Below are positions 26,476 through 40,622 of a stretch of DNA of 64,000 bases, piece by piece. This DNA comes from Octopus vulgaris (taxonomy: Eukaryota). The position numbers and the translations under genes were made by a program. The first letter of the stretch is position 1. Every line of letters begins with the position of its first letter. The stretch spans positions 49,228,001 to 49,292,000 of the forward strand of contig OX597815.1 of assembly GCA_951406725.2 (NCBI GenBank), read 5' to 3'. The notes under the pieces were generated by a model, which was given only the letters and a program-made list of their open reading frames with translations, had not been told where the DNA came from and did no database searches.

Positions 26476-26882
26476 AGCCCAATCGTCAGGATTCTTCTCT
26501 CGACCTTGTTGATGTAGTCCAAAGGAGTGCAGAGCATTAAGTTTGGCACCAGCTTGGTTGCAGGAGCTGCTGGAAGAGTGTCAAGTCAAACACTAAACCG
26601 CCTATGGGGCTCCACTCCAGATTTCTTTGAAGGTTGTCTCCTTTCTGTAACCCTGGATAGGGCCCATACATATGCATACACATATACATACATACACACA
26701 TACAGACACACATCTTTTATTAGCTGAGATTGTGAGAGAATAAGAGTAACTTAAGAGCCTACATTTTCTTCAAAGGCACTTGTCAGCTAATAAAATATTA
26801 TGCATAAAATATTGAGTTCTCTCACAGCTACTTGTGGACCCAAGCACACCTCCCTCCTTCTCTCTGTTTCTATGAGTATATA

Positions 26883-27262
26883 CTCTTTACTCTTTTACTT
26901 GTTTCAGTCATTTGACTGCTGCCATGATGGAGCACTACCCTTAGTCAAGCAAATTGACCCCAGGACTTATTCTTTGTAAGCCTAGTTCTTATTCTATTGG
27001 TCTCTTTTGCCGAACCACTAAGTTAAGGGACGTAAACACACCAGCATTGTTGTCAAGCGATGTTGTGGGGACAAACACAAACACACAAACATATACACAC
27101 ACATACATATATACATATATACAACAGGCTTCTTTCAGTTTCCATCTTTGGTCGGCCCAAGGCTATAGTAGAAGACACTTGCCCAAGGTGCCACACAGTG
27201 GGAATGAACCCAAAACCATTGTGGTTGGTAAGTAAACTACTTACCACACAGCCACTCCTGTG
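26883..27262 (-). mobile_element. SINE family A
   Basis: Reverse complement of the family A sequence. Confidence 0.88.
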
Positions 27263-27696
27263 CTTATGTGTAATATTGTAATATGTAATATTTATTTTCC
27301 CCTTTACATTTATGTTTGATTATTTATCCTTTCTTTTTCCCTTATCCTTAATTGTTTTATGAACTCTCTTTACTTACCAATACACCAAGCTTACTATAAT
27401 AATTTATCTCCAACACTCCACTTCAGCCTACCTAGAATCTAACCTAGCAAACTCCTTCTTGCCCAGGTCACTCACCTTGGATATCATATTGCACCCTTTT
27501 CTTAACCTAAATGGCCAACATAGCTATTTATTCTCCCATTTCACAATTGCCCTCGACAGAATCTAGTCACATCCTGGCTGTATTTTTGGGATATTCCTTT
27601 GCTTTGTAAAAATTACTTTTCAGCTGATGATTATGATCTTTTACAATGATGTAATGTTCTCATTCTTCTGTAATGAGCTGGCAATTGTCCATTGTT

Positions 27697-27727
<31 letters not shown>

Positions 27728-27732
27728 TCTTT

Positions 27733-27938
27733 TATTCTTTTACTTGTTTCAGTCATTTGACTGTGGTCATGCTGGAGTACCACTTTTTTAGTCGAGCAAA
27801 TCGACCCCAGGACTTATTCTTTGTAAGTCTTGTACTTACTTTATTGGTCTCTTTTTGCCGAACTGCTATGCTACAGGAATGTAAACGCACCAGTATTGGA
27901 TATCAAGAGATGTTGCTGGGACAAACACAAACACATAA

Positions 27939-27975
<37 letters not shown>

Positions 27976-28066
27976 CGACGGGCTTCTTTCAGTTTCCATC
28001 TACCAAATCCACTCACAAGGCTTTGGTTGGCCCATGGCTATACTAGAAGACACTTGCCCAAGGTGC
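27733..28066 (-). mobile_element. SINE family A, 5'-truncated
   Basis: Reverse complement of family A, ending at GCCCAAGGTGC. Confidence 0.85.
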
Positions 28067-28397
28067 TTTGTTTTGCAAATTACTTGGTGACCTCACTGCT
28101 GCTGGTGCCAAATAAAAAACATTCAGTACAATCTGAAAAAGTGGTTGGCATTAGGAAAGACATCCAACCGTAAAACCATGTCAAAGTAGACAATAGATCT
28201 TGGTGCAGTGCTCTGGCTTACCAGCTCCTTTCAAACTGTCCAGCTCAAGCCAGCATTGGAGACAGCCATTGAATAATAATGATGATAGACATACACACTC
28301 AGGGAGAGAGATTATTTAAACTTATTTGATGAGAGATTGAAAAAGACTGTATCACCCTCTCATATATACATGTATATGTGTGTGTGTGCATGTGTAT

Positions 28398-28440
28398 ACA
28401 TACATATATATATATATACATACATACATATATACATACA

Positions 28441-28476
<36 letters not shown>

Positions 28477-28523
28477 CATACATACATACATATATATATA
28501 CATACATACATACATATATATAC

Positions 28524-28556
<33 letters not shown>

Positions 28557-28643
28557 CATACATACATATATATATATATATACATACATACATATATATA
28601 TACATACATACATATATATACATACATACATATATATACATAC

Positions 28644-28696
<53 letters not shown>

Positions 28697-28879
28697 CATA
28701 CATATATATATACATACATACATATATATATACATACATATATATATATACATATATATATATACATACATACATACATACATATATATATATACATACA
28801 TACATATATATATATATATACATACATACATATATATATACATACATACATATATATATATACATACATACATATATAT

Positions 28880-28933
<54 letters not shown>

Positions 28934-28950
28934 GTGTGTATGTATGAATG

Positions 28951-28990
<40 letters not shown>
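28398..28990. repeat. compound (TACA)n/(TA)n microsatellite
   Basis: Seen directly in the sequence. Confidence 0.95.
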
Positions 28991-28995
<5 letters not shown>

Positions 28996-29739
28996 GTGTG
29001 TATGTATGAATGTGAATATGTATATATATGTATATATGTGTGTGTGTGTGTATATACATATACATGCTTGCATACACACACATATATATATATGGGAGTG
29101 AGAGACAGGAAGATATACTTTTTCAATCTCAAATCAAATTAGTGTTTATATGATTATGTTTAAAATATTTATTGATACATACATACATACAAACAAACAC
29201 TCATACACATATGTGTAAAAACACATTTACATAATGATACATAATGATAAATAAAGCCATACTTATACACAAATGCACACAGGCACACACATCCATAATC
29301 ATATGCAGAGACTCAATCAAAAATCACATGCAATTTTTAATAGGAATCACAGTTTTAGTTTTAGATTTCTTTTTTTTTCTCTCTTCTTTTAGTAGAATGG
29401 TGAGTGATTGTGTGATGTTGATGTGTCAGATTGAGAGATGTCCAATTCTATGCTTATTTACTTATCTTTATTTATATATATCTGTCTATCTGTCTGTCTA
29501 CCTATTCATTTATATCAATTATTAAAATTTCCCCTCAGTTAAAACAGCCCCTCCTCTGTCCAATTATTCCCACCTCCATTTCCTTATTGAGTTTAGAGAG
29601 CGGAAAGAAGAGAGACAGACAGACTGACAGACGGAGACACAGATGCTCTGTCAATTTGAACAGAGTTTTGCCTCTCCAATTGTAAGTTGTGATATGTAAA
29701 TAAATAAACACAACAGAGTAACATCAAACAGATAAGAAA

Positions 29740-29740
<1 letters not shown>

Positions 29741-29815
<75 letters not shown>

Positions 29816-29823
29816 AGAGATAT

Positions 29824-29879
<56 letters not shown>

Positions 29880-29940
29880 ACAGACAGACAGATAGGCAGA
29901 TAGATAGGTAGGTAGATAGGTAGGTAGATAGCTTGATAGA
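29741..29940. repeat. (GATA)n microsatellite
   Basis: Seen directly in the sequence. Confidence 0.95.
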
Positions 29941-30402
29941 TAAGAATTTGATATGTATATAGATAGGTAAATAGAGAAATGGATGAATATATTCTCACAT
30001 ATCCATATATAAACATAATTATATATGTGTGTGTATCTATTTATATATATATATGTGTATGTGCATGCTTGTGTGTGTGTATATATATATGTATGTATAT
30101 ATGCATACATACACGTGATAGGTAGATAGGTAAGTAGATATAAAAATAAACAGATTAATAGATAAAGCATAAATCTCTGATATCCTAGATTCACACCTGC
30201 ACAGATTCACACCTTAGTGTGCTCAAATGAAATATCAGTTACCTATCAAGTATAGGTATTTTTTTTTTAATATTGTTGTCTTTGGTCACGTGTTAGCCTA
30301 TGACTCTGAATAAGTGTATGTCTGTTTATGCCTATTCACAGACATATGTTTAACTATGTGTGTGTGTTTGTGTGCGTTTGTGTTTGTGTGTATGTGTGTA
30401 TG

Positions 30403-30447
<45 letters not shown>

Positions 30448-30610
30448 AGGAATATATGTGTGTATATTAGAAAGTGTGTGTGAGAGAGAGAGAGAGCTTC
30501 TGTGTAAGTGTTAGCATGTGTTTGAGTCAATGTATGAATCTTTGATTTGTACAGTTAGATAGACATAAAATAATTTCATATGCATACATGCATACATACA
30601 TACATATAAG

Positions 30611-30665
<55 letters not shown>

Positions 30666-30742
30666 ACGTATATGTATGTATATATATATATATATATATA
30701 TACATATATATATCTATATATATATATCTATCTACGTATATG

Positions 30743-30787
<45 letters not shown>

Positions 30788-30960
30788 TACACACATTCAA
30801 AGGAATATGGGAGCCTCAACAGGATCCTTTAAGCTGCTAGAAATAGCAGCCAATTTTCTCTTAACCAACATTAGTTATCACTGAACTACCAAATTATGTC
30901 TCCTTCTCCACTACCATATGTTTCTTGCTCACACCACACACTAACCCACATACCTGTCTG

Positions 30961-31012
<52 letters not shown>

Positions 31013-31699
31013 GTCCCTAGTCTGTTGTATCATCATAACTCTTCTGCAGCTCTTTGCTTTCCAGTATCATTGGTAACCCTTTATTACACCATTCTCAATA
31101 TAAATCCCTCAACAATATCCACCCTTTATACTTGTCACTGACCCTTCCCTCCCTATCCCTCCAACTTATATTTTCAAAAAGGGAAACATTTTGAATCACC
31201 CATTTGCACAAATGTCTACATGAAACATTTCCAACAGATGGATCTTTATGTACACAGACTTAATTAATTTTGTTCCTGTTTGACAAATATAGTCCTCATT
31301 AAATTGTGGACATGTGATGCAGTAAATTAAGTGTTTTTCTTTTGCAATTCATATTTGCATTAATGTTGAATTCTTTCTTATTTATGAACTTGTGATTTTA
31401 TTCTGTTCAATTAAATCAAATGCTCTTCACAGAAAGTCTTCACATAATGTTACCTACATAATTTCGTATTACTTAATTTTCTCTTTTGTTGAGAGTTTTT
31501 TTAAGAGTTGGTGGTTGTCTTTGACTGTTGATGATTTGTAACTCTTTAATGAATTTACTTAGATTTAATGAACGGTGTAGAATCAGAAGTTATTGAATGA
31601 CAGAATTAAAATGGTATGGTTTCTGGTATCATTGGTGGCTATAAAAAAGAATATTTCTGGTTGTCTTCTACACAAGTGGCCCCTTTGCTGATCTTAAAA

Positions 31700-32260
31700 A
31701 TTCATTACTTTGATACAACTTCTTAACCTGTTAAATTCCAAACTGCCGCTAAGTTCTTCATACCCCCACCAAAAGAAATTTATCCAGTAATTCTTCAAGT
31801 CACCCTTTGAATGACATTGTACAAGCTTTAATTATCTCTGGAATTTGTCACATGCTTGTCATTAATTCCACCCTAACAGCTTTTATTCTTTGCTTCAATA
31901 TATTATCATCACTTTACTTATATTTTCCAGCTTTCTCCTACATACCATTCTGTATTCTTGCCCCTCACAAGCGTCCTTCTACATGTACTGTGAGTTTAAA
32001 TTTGCTTACATACACACATCGTTAGAGACTGAAGCCTAGGTATGATCATTTTGGATTATGTTGTAAAACATTTTATTTCTGTTCTTAGAATATTCATGTA
32101 GACCTGTAGGAAATGCATTCTAACTTTGAAGCAATGGACAGGATTTTTCCAAAAACTTATGGCTAAGCATTTCTCTGTAGACCACAGATTTTATAAGATC
32201 TTTAAGGCAAAAATGCATTAAGGTCAGCTACAGATGTGCCAAAATCTTTACTGTTTCCAT
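31700..32260 (-). mobile_element. possible highly decayed CR1/L2-group LINE 3' region
   Basis: Weak motifs only (LKDL..GLQR; SFKG*LEELLDKFL). Confidence 0.25.
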
Positions 32261-33305
32261 AGCAATAAACAAAAGAAGTTTTTCTACTATGAATACTCCA
32301 AACTCTCCTTCTGCTTGTAATTTTTAAAATGTTCAGTTTATTTGGCTATAGTCTCTCATGCAGGTAACTAAAGCAAAAAGAGTATATAAGACTTGTTCAA
32401 AAACTCTTTAAAATAGATTATTGCAACATGAGTATGCATTCAGAAAGATACCTTACTACATCATTATTCCAGTATATCTGGGATATAAAGGATAATAAAA
32501 TGACTTCATTCATTACAAAATGAGAATACCCTACATTAATAATTACAGAAGATATGGCCTCTGTCTCACATGAATAACACATGATTCGAGTATAATCTTC
32601 TGCAATTTTCAAGAACATATGGTATTGCTGAATTCTCACAGATACATTGATTTCTAATTACTAAAGAACTTCTGGCTACCAACAGGCTAACTAGTTTAGT
32701 TATTGCATAATTGAAGGTGGTCTTATATTAAAAAAGCCATTAATTTATTTATCAACAAGAAAAATATTCATTAATAGGTACATCCCTTGCTCACATAAGT
32801 TTTGTACACATGTTACTGTAGACGAGGAAAAAATTTCAGATTTTCATACATAAATACATGAATGTATCATCTTTTCTGTTTATGACAATTGTAAAGATGA
32901 CGTATAAATTTCTAATGTGCTCTTGGCAATCAATCAAACCTCGATCTACAAATAACTAATCATATTTCAATGTATTTGCAAGTACTATTATTTATATTGT
33001 ATTGCTGTTTCACTCCACCATTTGTTTGAATAATCACTAATATGAAATTCAGAGTTACATATTTCAAGAAACATCAAGTTGTATTAAAATACACATGTTC
33101 CATGTATTGAGTGCTTGTCTCACTTTTTGAAACACCAATGTTCACCACTTTATATATGTGAATATCTACTTAGTATGCGTACACTTATAGCCACACACAC
33201 ACACACACACATGTATGTATACACATGCACACACGATTTGTGTGTGTGTATGTATTCACGTATTTAAATATGTACATATGCAAAACAGATTCACATTCAC
33301 TGACA

Positions 33306-33363
<58 letters not shown>

Positions 33364-34774
33364 TATGTATGTATGTATACACACACACACTAAAGAAAAA
33401 TTTCAAGAAAGCACTGTCAGTAGATCTCTTGACACCATCTTGGACAATTACACTCATTCCTTTTGACCAAACCCTGTAGCAATTTCTCCAATGTTGGCAA
33501 CTATAGGCAAATTAGTTGTCAAATTCGAAGCACTGGTGCAGAGGAGCATAAATTTCAGTCCTCTAATGTAGATATATTGCCACCAGCAGTGAATTTCACA
33601 CAAGAAGATGTGTTGTATGTAGAAGATTTTATACTGGCGCCACGACTGCCTGGGGTGTGGGTTGTTTTGGACTGAAGTGAGTATTAGAGTAATGATGATG
33701 TGAAAATTATATTGGCTGTGTTCTGCAGAGCACACACAAATAATGACCAATGATATTCACTACACTACAGCTGAAAGACAAGGTTTGGAGATAATTTATT
33801 TATCAGAAGCTGTTTGCTTTCTTATATGTAAACCATGGACAAATGAGTTGGCAAAAAGTACTGAGATAAGAGTTATGTATAGTTCAAATCCAGCCAAAAG
33901 ACTATTTAGTCGTTCGTTCTACTAAGTTGATGAAATGGACAGGCATGAAAGCCAGGTTAAGATTTTTAACAAAGTTAAGAAGAATGAAAGCCAAGTTGTT
34001 ATTGCTTGGATGATTTTTGTTCAGGAACATTGGGGTATTTCTGATCCAGCAAATTTATGATCAAAGTAACCCACACACACACAGGTGCACGCAGTTGGGA
34101 AATAAGTGTGGTAGTGTGGTTTAGAATTTTGCTTTTCAACCATGTGGGTTCAGGATCTATCCACTGCACTGTATCTTAAATGAGTATCTTCTATTCAGGC
34201 TCTGTGCTGACAAATACATTGTGAAAGAATTTGTTTGACAGAAAGTCAAAAAATCCTGCGATGTGAGCATGTGCGTATGTGTGTGTGCATGTGTATGAAT
34301 TTTTACAAACTTTACTGAGCAATGGCTACAAACAATGACATCATCATTTGTCGCTGGGTGGCAACAGGCAAATGTTTATTGATATTTTCTATCAAAAATT
34401 TGTCCTCTCCACTTTCAAATTACCTTTGGAATAAAAGCATCCCTTATTTGAAAACTCTATGAGGGTTGGCAACACAAAGAGCATCTGGCCATAAAAATCC
34501 TGCCTAAATTACCTTCTAAGTCATGCTAGCATAGAAAAACAAGCAAACATCATCATTGTTTACATCAAAACTGAACGCAAAACTGTACTAATGATAATTA
34601 ACAGATATAAATTAACATAGTAAATAAACAGTAACTGATCGCCATGAATAACCATAATTTCATTAATAAGCTAATAAGAGACTTTCTGTGTGGTAACACA
34701 GCTTGCTAGAAATAGCAGCTGAATTTTTTTCCTTACTTCCATTGGATGGGATGGGTCTTCTAGGACAGTGTTTT

Positions 34775-35168
34775 TTGACTGTGGCCATGCTGGAGTACCA
34801 CCTTTAGTGGATCAAATCGACCCCAGGACTTATTCTTTGTAAGCCTAGTACTTATTCTACCGGTCACTTTTGCAGAACCGCTAAGTTATGGGGATGTAAA
34901 CACACCAGCATCAGTTGTCAAGCAATGTTGGTGGGGACAAACACAGACACACAAACGTACACACATACACATATATATATCATATATATATTTATACATA
35001 TATATGACGGGCTTCTTTCAGTTTCTGTTTACCAAATCCACTCACAAGGCTTTGGTAGGCCCAAGGCTATAGTAGAAGACACTTGCCCAAGGTGCCACGC
35101 AGTGGGACTGAACCCAGAACCATGTGGTTGGTAAGCAAGCTACTTACCACACAGCCACTCCTACACCT
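34775..35168 (-). mobile_element. SINE family A
   Basis: Reverse complement of the family A sequence. Confidence 0.88.
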
Positions 35169-35543
35169 ATATACTATGTACACATACTATGAAAAAAAAT
35201 GGTTGTCAAGATTTGACTAAAACTTTTAGTGCTTTTGTCTCTTTCAGGGATACTTCATGAAGGATTTCTTATTGAAAATTCATACCTTTCATAGAGGTAT
35301 GAGTTAGTTGAAAAAAAATGTGGAGCTGTGTTTGTTTCCTTGGGTTTTGGAAAGAGCATATTTTGGGAGAGGTTATTTAAGATGTTCTTGATCATTTTGA
35401 ATCTGTGTGTGTGTGTGTAAGCATGAGTGTGTGTGTGGGGAATTTTTAAATGAAGCATATATGAGAGATTTTTGGAGGCTTGTTTAGAGAGAGAAAAAAG
35501 AAAAGAAAAAGAGAGAAAGAAGGAAAGAGAGAGAGAAATAAAT

Positions 35544-35612
<69 letters not shown>

Positions 35613-35769
35613 AAAGGGTATTTTTCTGGGATGGTTCAAATTGATGACAGATCGAAGAGGTCAATTTTTTTTTCCATTTGCAATCAATTTCTTTTGGTCA
35701 TTGTGTGACTGACAAAATTTTACTCAGCTGTTAGTTGAAATCTATCAAATTGTTTGAAAGGTTTTTAAA

Positions 35770-35935
35770 TGTGTGTGTGAATGAGTATATGTGTATGAAA
35801 AAGTGTGTGTGTGTGTGTGAATGAGTATATGTGTATGAAAAAGTGTGTGTGTGTGTGAATGAGTATATGTGTATGAAAAACTGTGTGTGTGTGTGAATGA
35901 GTATATGTGTATGAAAAAGTGTGTGTGTGTGTGTT
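35770..35935. repeat. ~40-bp tandem repeat x4
   Basis: (TG)nAATGAGTATATGTGTATGAAAAAG. Confidence 0.85.
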
Positions 35936-36321
35936 GTGTGTTGGTTCTTTAAGTGAATTTTTCCAGTTATTTTAAAATATCTTGAAAAATTCACTGAAAG
36001 AACCAACACACAACACATAAACTCTCTCACATGCATGCATTTAAACACACACACTGACACACACACATTTAAAAACATTCACAAACAATTTGATAGATTC
36101 TATTTTCTGTAGCTGGGTAACATGACACCTAACCAAAAATTTCGTTGGTCACACAATGGCTAAAAGAAATTTATTGTAATTGATAAAATATTTGATCTCT
36201 TTGACCTGTCATCAATTTCAACCATACCAGAAAAACAACCCTTTCTTTCTTTCTCTCCTTTTTTCTCTCCCCTCTCTCTCTCTCTCTAGCCAAGCCTCCA
36301 ATAATCTCTCATATATGTTCT

Positions 36322-36720
36322 ATTCTTTTACTTGTTTCAATCATTTGACTGTGGCCATACTGGAGCACCACCTAGAGAGGTTTTTAGTTGAACAAATCGA
36401 ACCCAGGACTTACCTATTTTAAGCCTAGTACTTATTCTATCAATCTCTTTTGCTGAACTGCTAAGTTACAGGGAAGTAAACACACCAACATCAGTTATCA
36501 AGCGATGGTGTAGGGACAAACACAGACACAGACAGACACACACACACACACACACACACACAATGGGCTTCTTTCAGTTTCTGGCTATCAAATCCCCTCA
36601 CAAAGTTTTAGTTGACCCAAGGCTATAGTAGAAGACACTTGCCCAATGTGCCATGCAGTGGGACTGAACCCAGAATCATGTGGCTGGGAAGCAAGTTTCT
36701 TACCTTACAACTATGTCTGC
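36322..36720 (-). mobile_element. SINE family A inserted in a palindrome arm
   Basis: Reverse complement of family A; absent from the opposite arm. Confidence 0.85.
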
Positions 36721-38585
36721 ATCTTGTTTAAAAATTCACCAAACACACTTGCTTACACATACATGCTTAAACACACATAATATACACACACACATAAATT
36801 CAATATGACAAAGAACATCTCAAAAACCACTCACAAAACACCCTCTTTCCTAAACCCAAGAAAACGAATTCAACACTACATTTTTTTTTAACTAACTCAC
36901 ATATATATAAAAGGTATGAATTTTCTATAAGGATTCATTCATTTACAGTGAATTCAGAAAAGCACTAAATAAATAGTTTTAATCCAAATCCTTAATAAAT
37001 AAAATCTGTACACCACTTAAAAAACAATCTATGCACATGTCATTATTTAGTTTCATTTCAAGATTTCTTGTTCACAGAGAAAGAGCCAGTTTCTAATCTT
37101 GATCTAAGACTCCTTCATTGGAATTTCAGCAACATCAACAAAGTATTTTTGCATGTGTGTGTACAGGTGCAGTATTTGAAGACTGTATGTGTTTTGCTTT
37201 ACATATGAATTCTCATGCATATAGTTGCATATCTAGACAAGTGCATAATCGCTTAAATGATAAACTGGAAAGTTTTATAAATTTTTACATTTCCAGTGAT
37301 GGCTTCGATCTATAGACTTCGAATCAGATCGGTTCTTAGGTTACATATCCCAGCGCCTCAATAATTACAGGTATGTATGTATAATGGCTCTCCCATAAAA
37401 ATGACCTGTTGAACTGGAAAGTCTCAAGGTGCAAACACAAGAGTGACATAAACACAGGAAATCACTATCCACAAATAAAAATTTTACAATACAATTTGTT
37501 CTCATTATTTACAATTTTTATGTGTAAAGCACTGGTGCTGGTGCTGTGTAGAAAGCACTCAGTACACCCTGTAAAGTGGTTAGTATTAGCAAAGACTTCC
37601 AGCTGTAGAAACCCAGCCAAAACAGACTATGGAGTCTGGTGCAGGCCCTAGCCTTGCCAGCTCCTGACAAACCTTCCAACCCATGCCAGCATGAAAAACG
37701 GACGTTAAATGATGATGATGAAGTTGACGATGATGATAAACCCTCTGCCATGTGGTTTAGAAGCAAAATTCTTACTTTCTTACCACACAGCCATGCCTGC
37801 AACTACGTCTATAAAGGATACACTCTTAACTTCTATCCAAACCATCTTGAATACAAATGTCAGATACCATTAAAGCAGCCAATACCACAATGACAACCAA
37901 AGTTTGAAACTTCACAACCTGGATTTGTTGATTTTCTATTGAATGTTGCTATCTGTTGATCCTCAGGTTGTTCTATATTTTTATTGTAAATAGGTTAACA
38001 CATGATCCACATCTGCTTTAACCTAGGCATAAGAGAGCAACAAAGGATATAATAATCCTATGAGGAAAAAGTTTGTGCACCATGAGTCACCATAGAACAT
38101 GACATGAACTGAATGAACACGCACACCACAAAAATATATTAAAAAGCATTATTTTAACACAGCGCATGAACTTTTTCCTCAGCCTAATGTAATCCTTCAT
38201 TTTTCACTAAGCCATTGTGCACAGACCATGCCCAAGATTTACTAGAGTAATCTGAAGGAGATTTGGCTATTATTTCAAGCAAGTTGTGTGACCACATGAG
38301 TCTTTTATTAACTTGTTAATGCAATTGTGTTCACTCACTATGATTAGTTAATGTTTATTATTTGTGCTAACGTGTATCTATTAATTGTTATTACTACTTT
38401 TTGCTTTCAGCTTTGAATTCAACATTTGCATTCACTAGAGCTGGATATTTTAACAATAAAACTGAATCTAATCTAAATGTAATGGGTGGTTACCAAATTA
38501 TTTGGTAAATCTCACATCAGAAATGATTAAAATAAAACGTTTATAGTTCTTTTTTGTTGCTGTTATTACAAAACATTTGCAGTAA

Positions 38586-38691
38586 TAACTAGCTACGGCA
38601 GTACATATTCTAAAATTGGAATGCTACAGAGAAGGTTAGCATGGCCCCTGCGCAAGGATGACATGCAAATTCATGAGGTGTTCCATATTTT
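38586..38691 (+). pseudogene. U6: U6 snRNA pseudogene (near full length)
   Basis: CTAGCTACGGCAGTACATATTCTAAAATTGGAATGCTACAGAGAAGGTTAGCATGGCCCCTGCGCAAGGATGACATGCAAATTCATGAGGTGTTCCATATTTT matches U6, including the ACAGAGA box, with scattered substitutions (several at CpG). Confidence 0.92.
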
Positions 38692-38702
38692 ATTATCTTA
38701 TA

Positions 38703-38864
38703 GGCGCAGGAGTTGCTGTGTGCTAAGTAGCTTGCTTACCAACCACATGGTTCCAGGTTCATTCCCACTGCATGGCATCTTGGGCAAGTGTCTTCTACTA
38801 TGGCCTCGGGCCTACCAAAGCCTTTTGAGTAGATTTGGTAGACGGAAACTGAAAGAAGCCCGTC

Positions 38865-38908
<44 letters not shown>

Positions 38909-39134
38909 ATGTTTATGTGTTTGTGTGTCTGTGTTTGTCCCCCCCACCCAACCTCACTTGACAACCAATGCTGGTGTGTTTGTGTCCCCATAACTTAGCG
39001 GTTCAGCAAAAGAGAACGATAGAATAGGTACTAGGCTTACAAAGAATAAGTCCTGGGGTCGATTTGCTCGACTAAAGGTGGTGCTCCAGTATGGCTGCAG
39101 TCAAATGATTGAAACAAGTAAAAGAGTAAAAGAG
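38703..39134 (+). mobile_element. SINE family A, full length
   Basis: Colinear with 24729-25115. Confidence 0.9.
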
Positions 39135-40115
39135 TAATTTCTTTCTGGAAAAATTGAAAATAGTCAGTGTGTGTGTCAATGGTAGCATGCTTAGTTGATA
39201 ATGGAGTAATCTCTAAGTTGTTGCTTAAACTGTTAAAAGTAGTAGCTCAATATCCCTCAAATCATATGATGTCTTGCAAAAAAAACAAAAAACAAATACA
39301 TTACAAGATCATAGCCTGCATACTCTATATCATCCTCCTCATCTTCATTCTCATGACAACATCCAAGTTACCATACTTGCATGGGTCAGATATAATTCAC
39401 TGAGACAAATTTTCTATGGTTGGATGCTCTTCCTGTCATCAACCATCAATGGTTTCTAAGCAATGTAATATTCCCCATGACCAGACATGGTTTCATGGAA
39501 GATTGAAAATGATGGACATCATTTGCCTCAAGGTGACACTAGTTTATAACTATCACAAGAATTCAAGACAAGGAGACAGTAACACACACATACACACACA
39601 TGATTGGCTTCTTGCAGTTTCCATCTACCAAATTCACACTCAAGGCTTTTATTGATCTAGGGCTATAGTAAAAGACATGTCCCCAAGGTACCACTCAGTG
39701 GGACTGAACAAGTAATTATGGAGATGCAAAGCAAACTTTTCACCACACTGCCATGCCTGCAGAAAAACATAAGTGATTATGATCATAGATCGGTTCAGTA
39801 AGAGATGATTTCTGACAAGAAAGACTGAACATTTTTAGTTGTTGGGAATGACAAAAACTCAACTAAAAATTAGTTGTTAACAAGCAGATTAAACATTCAC
39901 AAAATTCAAAATAGTTATAATTCTTGATCTATTTTATTGCCTTGTTTTTATAATTTATAATTACAGACTTGCTTGTAAAAATTTTAATTCTTTAAAAAAT
40001 ATATTTTCCCCTTTTAGCTCTTCCTAATCTTTTCCATATATGTCTTACATGATGTTTTAATTGCATTTCCTAGTCTTTGATCTTCAGCAGCCAGTTAAAT
40101 CGTTTTTGGTGTTGT

Positions 40116-40343
40116 TTAACCCTTTGGCGCTCAGATTACTCTGTCAAATGTAATCCTTATTTACTTACATTGTTCTGAATTAATTTTGCATTAATTGTAA
40201 CATGACAATTTCAATGATATGACTGCCTACTTTTAGAATGACATTGTAGGGTATGTGTGAGAGGTTGAATCTGGTCAATTTGAACATAAAACAGGTAGAA
40301 TATTCAAGCCAGATATAACCAGTTCAAAATGCTAAAAGGTTAA
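40116..40343. mobile_element. TTAA-flanked (piggyBac-like) MITE, family M1
   Basis: TTAA|CCCTTTGGC ... GCTAAAAGG|TTAA; homologous to 60691-60910. Confidence 0.75.
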
Positions 40344-40622
40344 GCCAAGCTCAGCCCTGGTCGAATAGACTTATGTTCAAAAGAATCTAACCATGACCAT
40401 CTTGTCATGGCTTTTCTCAGAGTACATTATTCATTATTTCTTTCCATTTTGGAAGTAAACAAGTTGTAAATTGAAAGGGTTTTGATTTGTTTCCAGCAGA
40501 CCATGCAAACAAGTAGTGACCCCCTCATACATATATAAATTGGAGTTTAGCATTTTGGTTGTATAACTATATCACTATACATCACAGATAATGTACATCA
40601 TTCATATGAACCGACGCACACT

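Larger units (their letters stand above)
35200..36995. repeat. large spacerless palindrome of a ~600-750-bp repeat family; SINE inserted in right arm
   Basis: Centre TATTTT|AAAATA at 35973/35974. Matching blocks occur throughout, e.g. GAAAATTCATACCTTT (35274) vs AAAGGTATGAATTTTC (36910). Confidence 0.85.

Noticed and set aside
28299-29132. Long ORFs up to 277 aa (also 20481-21767 and 41842-42403)
   Set aside because: Translations of TA/TACA microsatellites that lack stop codons; no protein-like complexity.
33420-33771. Complex unique sequence with a minus-strand acceptor-like TCTTTCAG
   Set aside because: All three frames hit stops soon after the acceptor and no domain was recognised; at most a non-coding exon.
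34925-35134. Recurring ORF ending IHSQGFGRPKAIVEDTCPRCHAVGLNPEPCGW that looks like a multigene peptide family
   Set aside because: It is the antisense translation of SINE family A; recurrence reflects repeat copy number.
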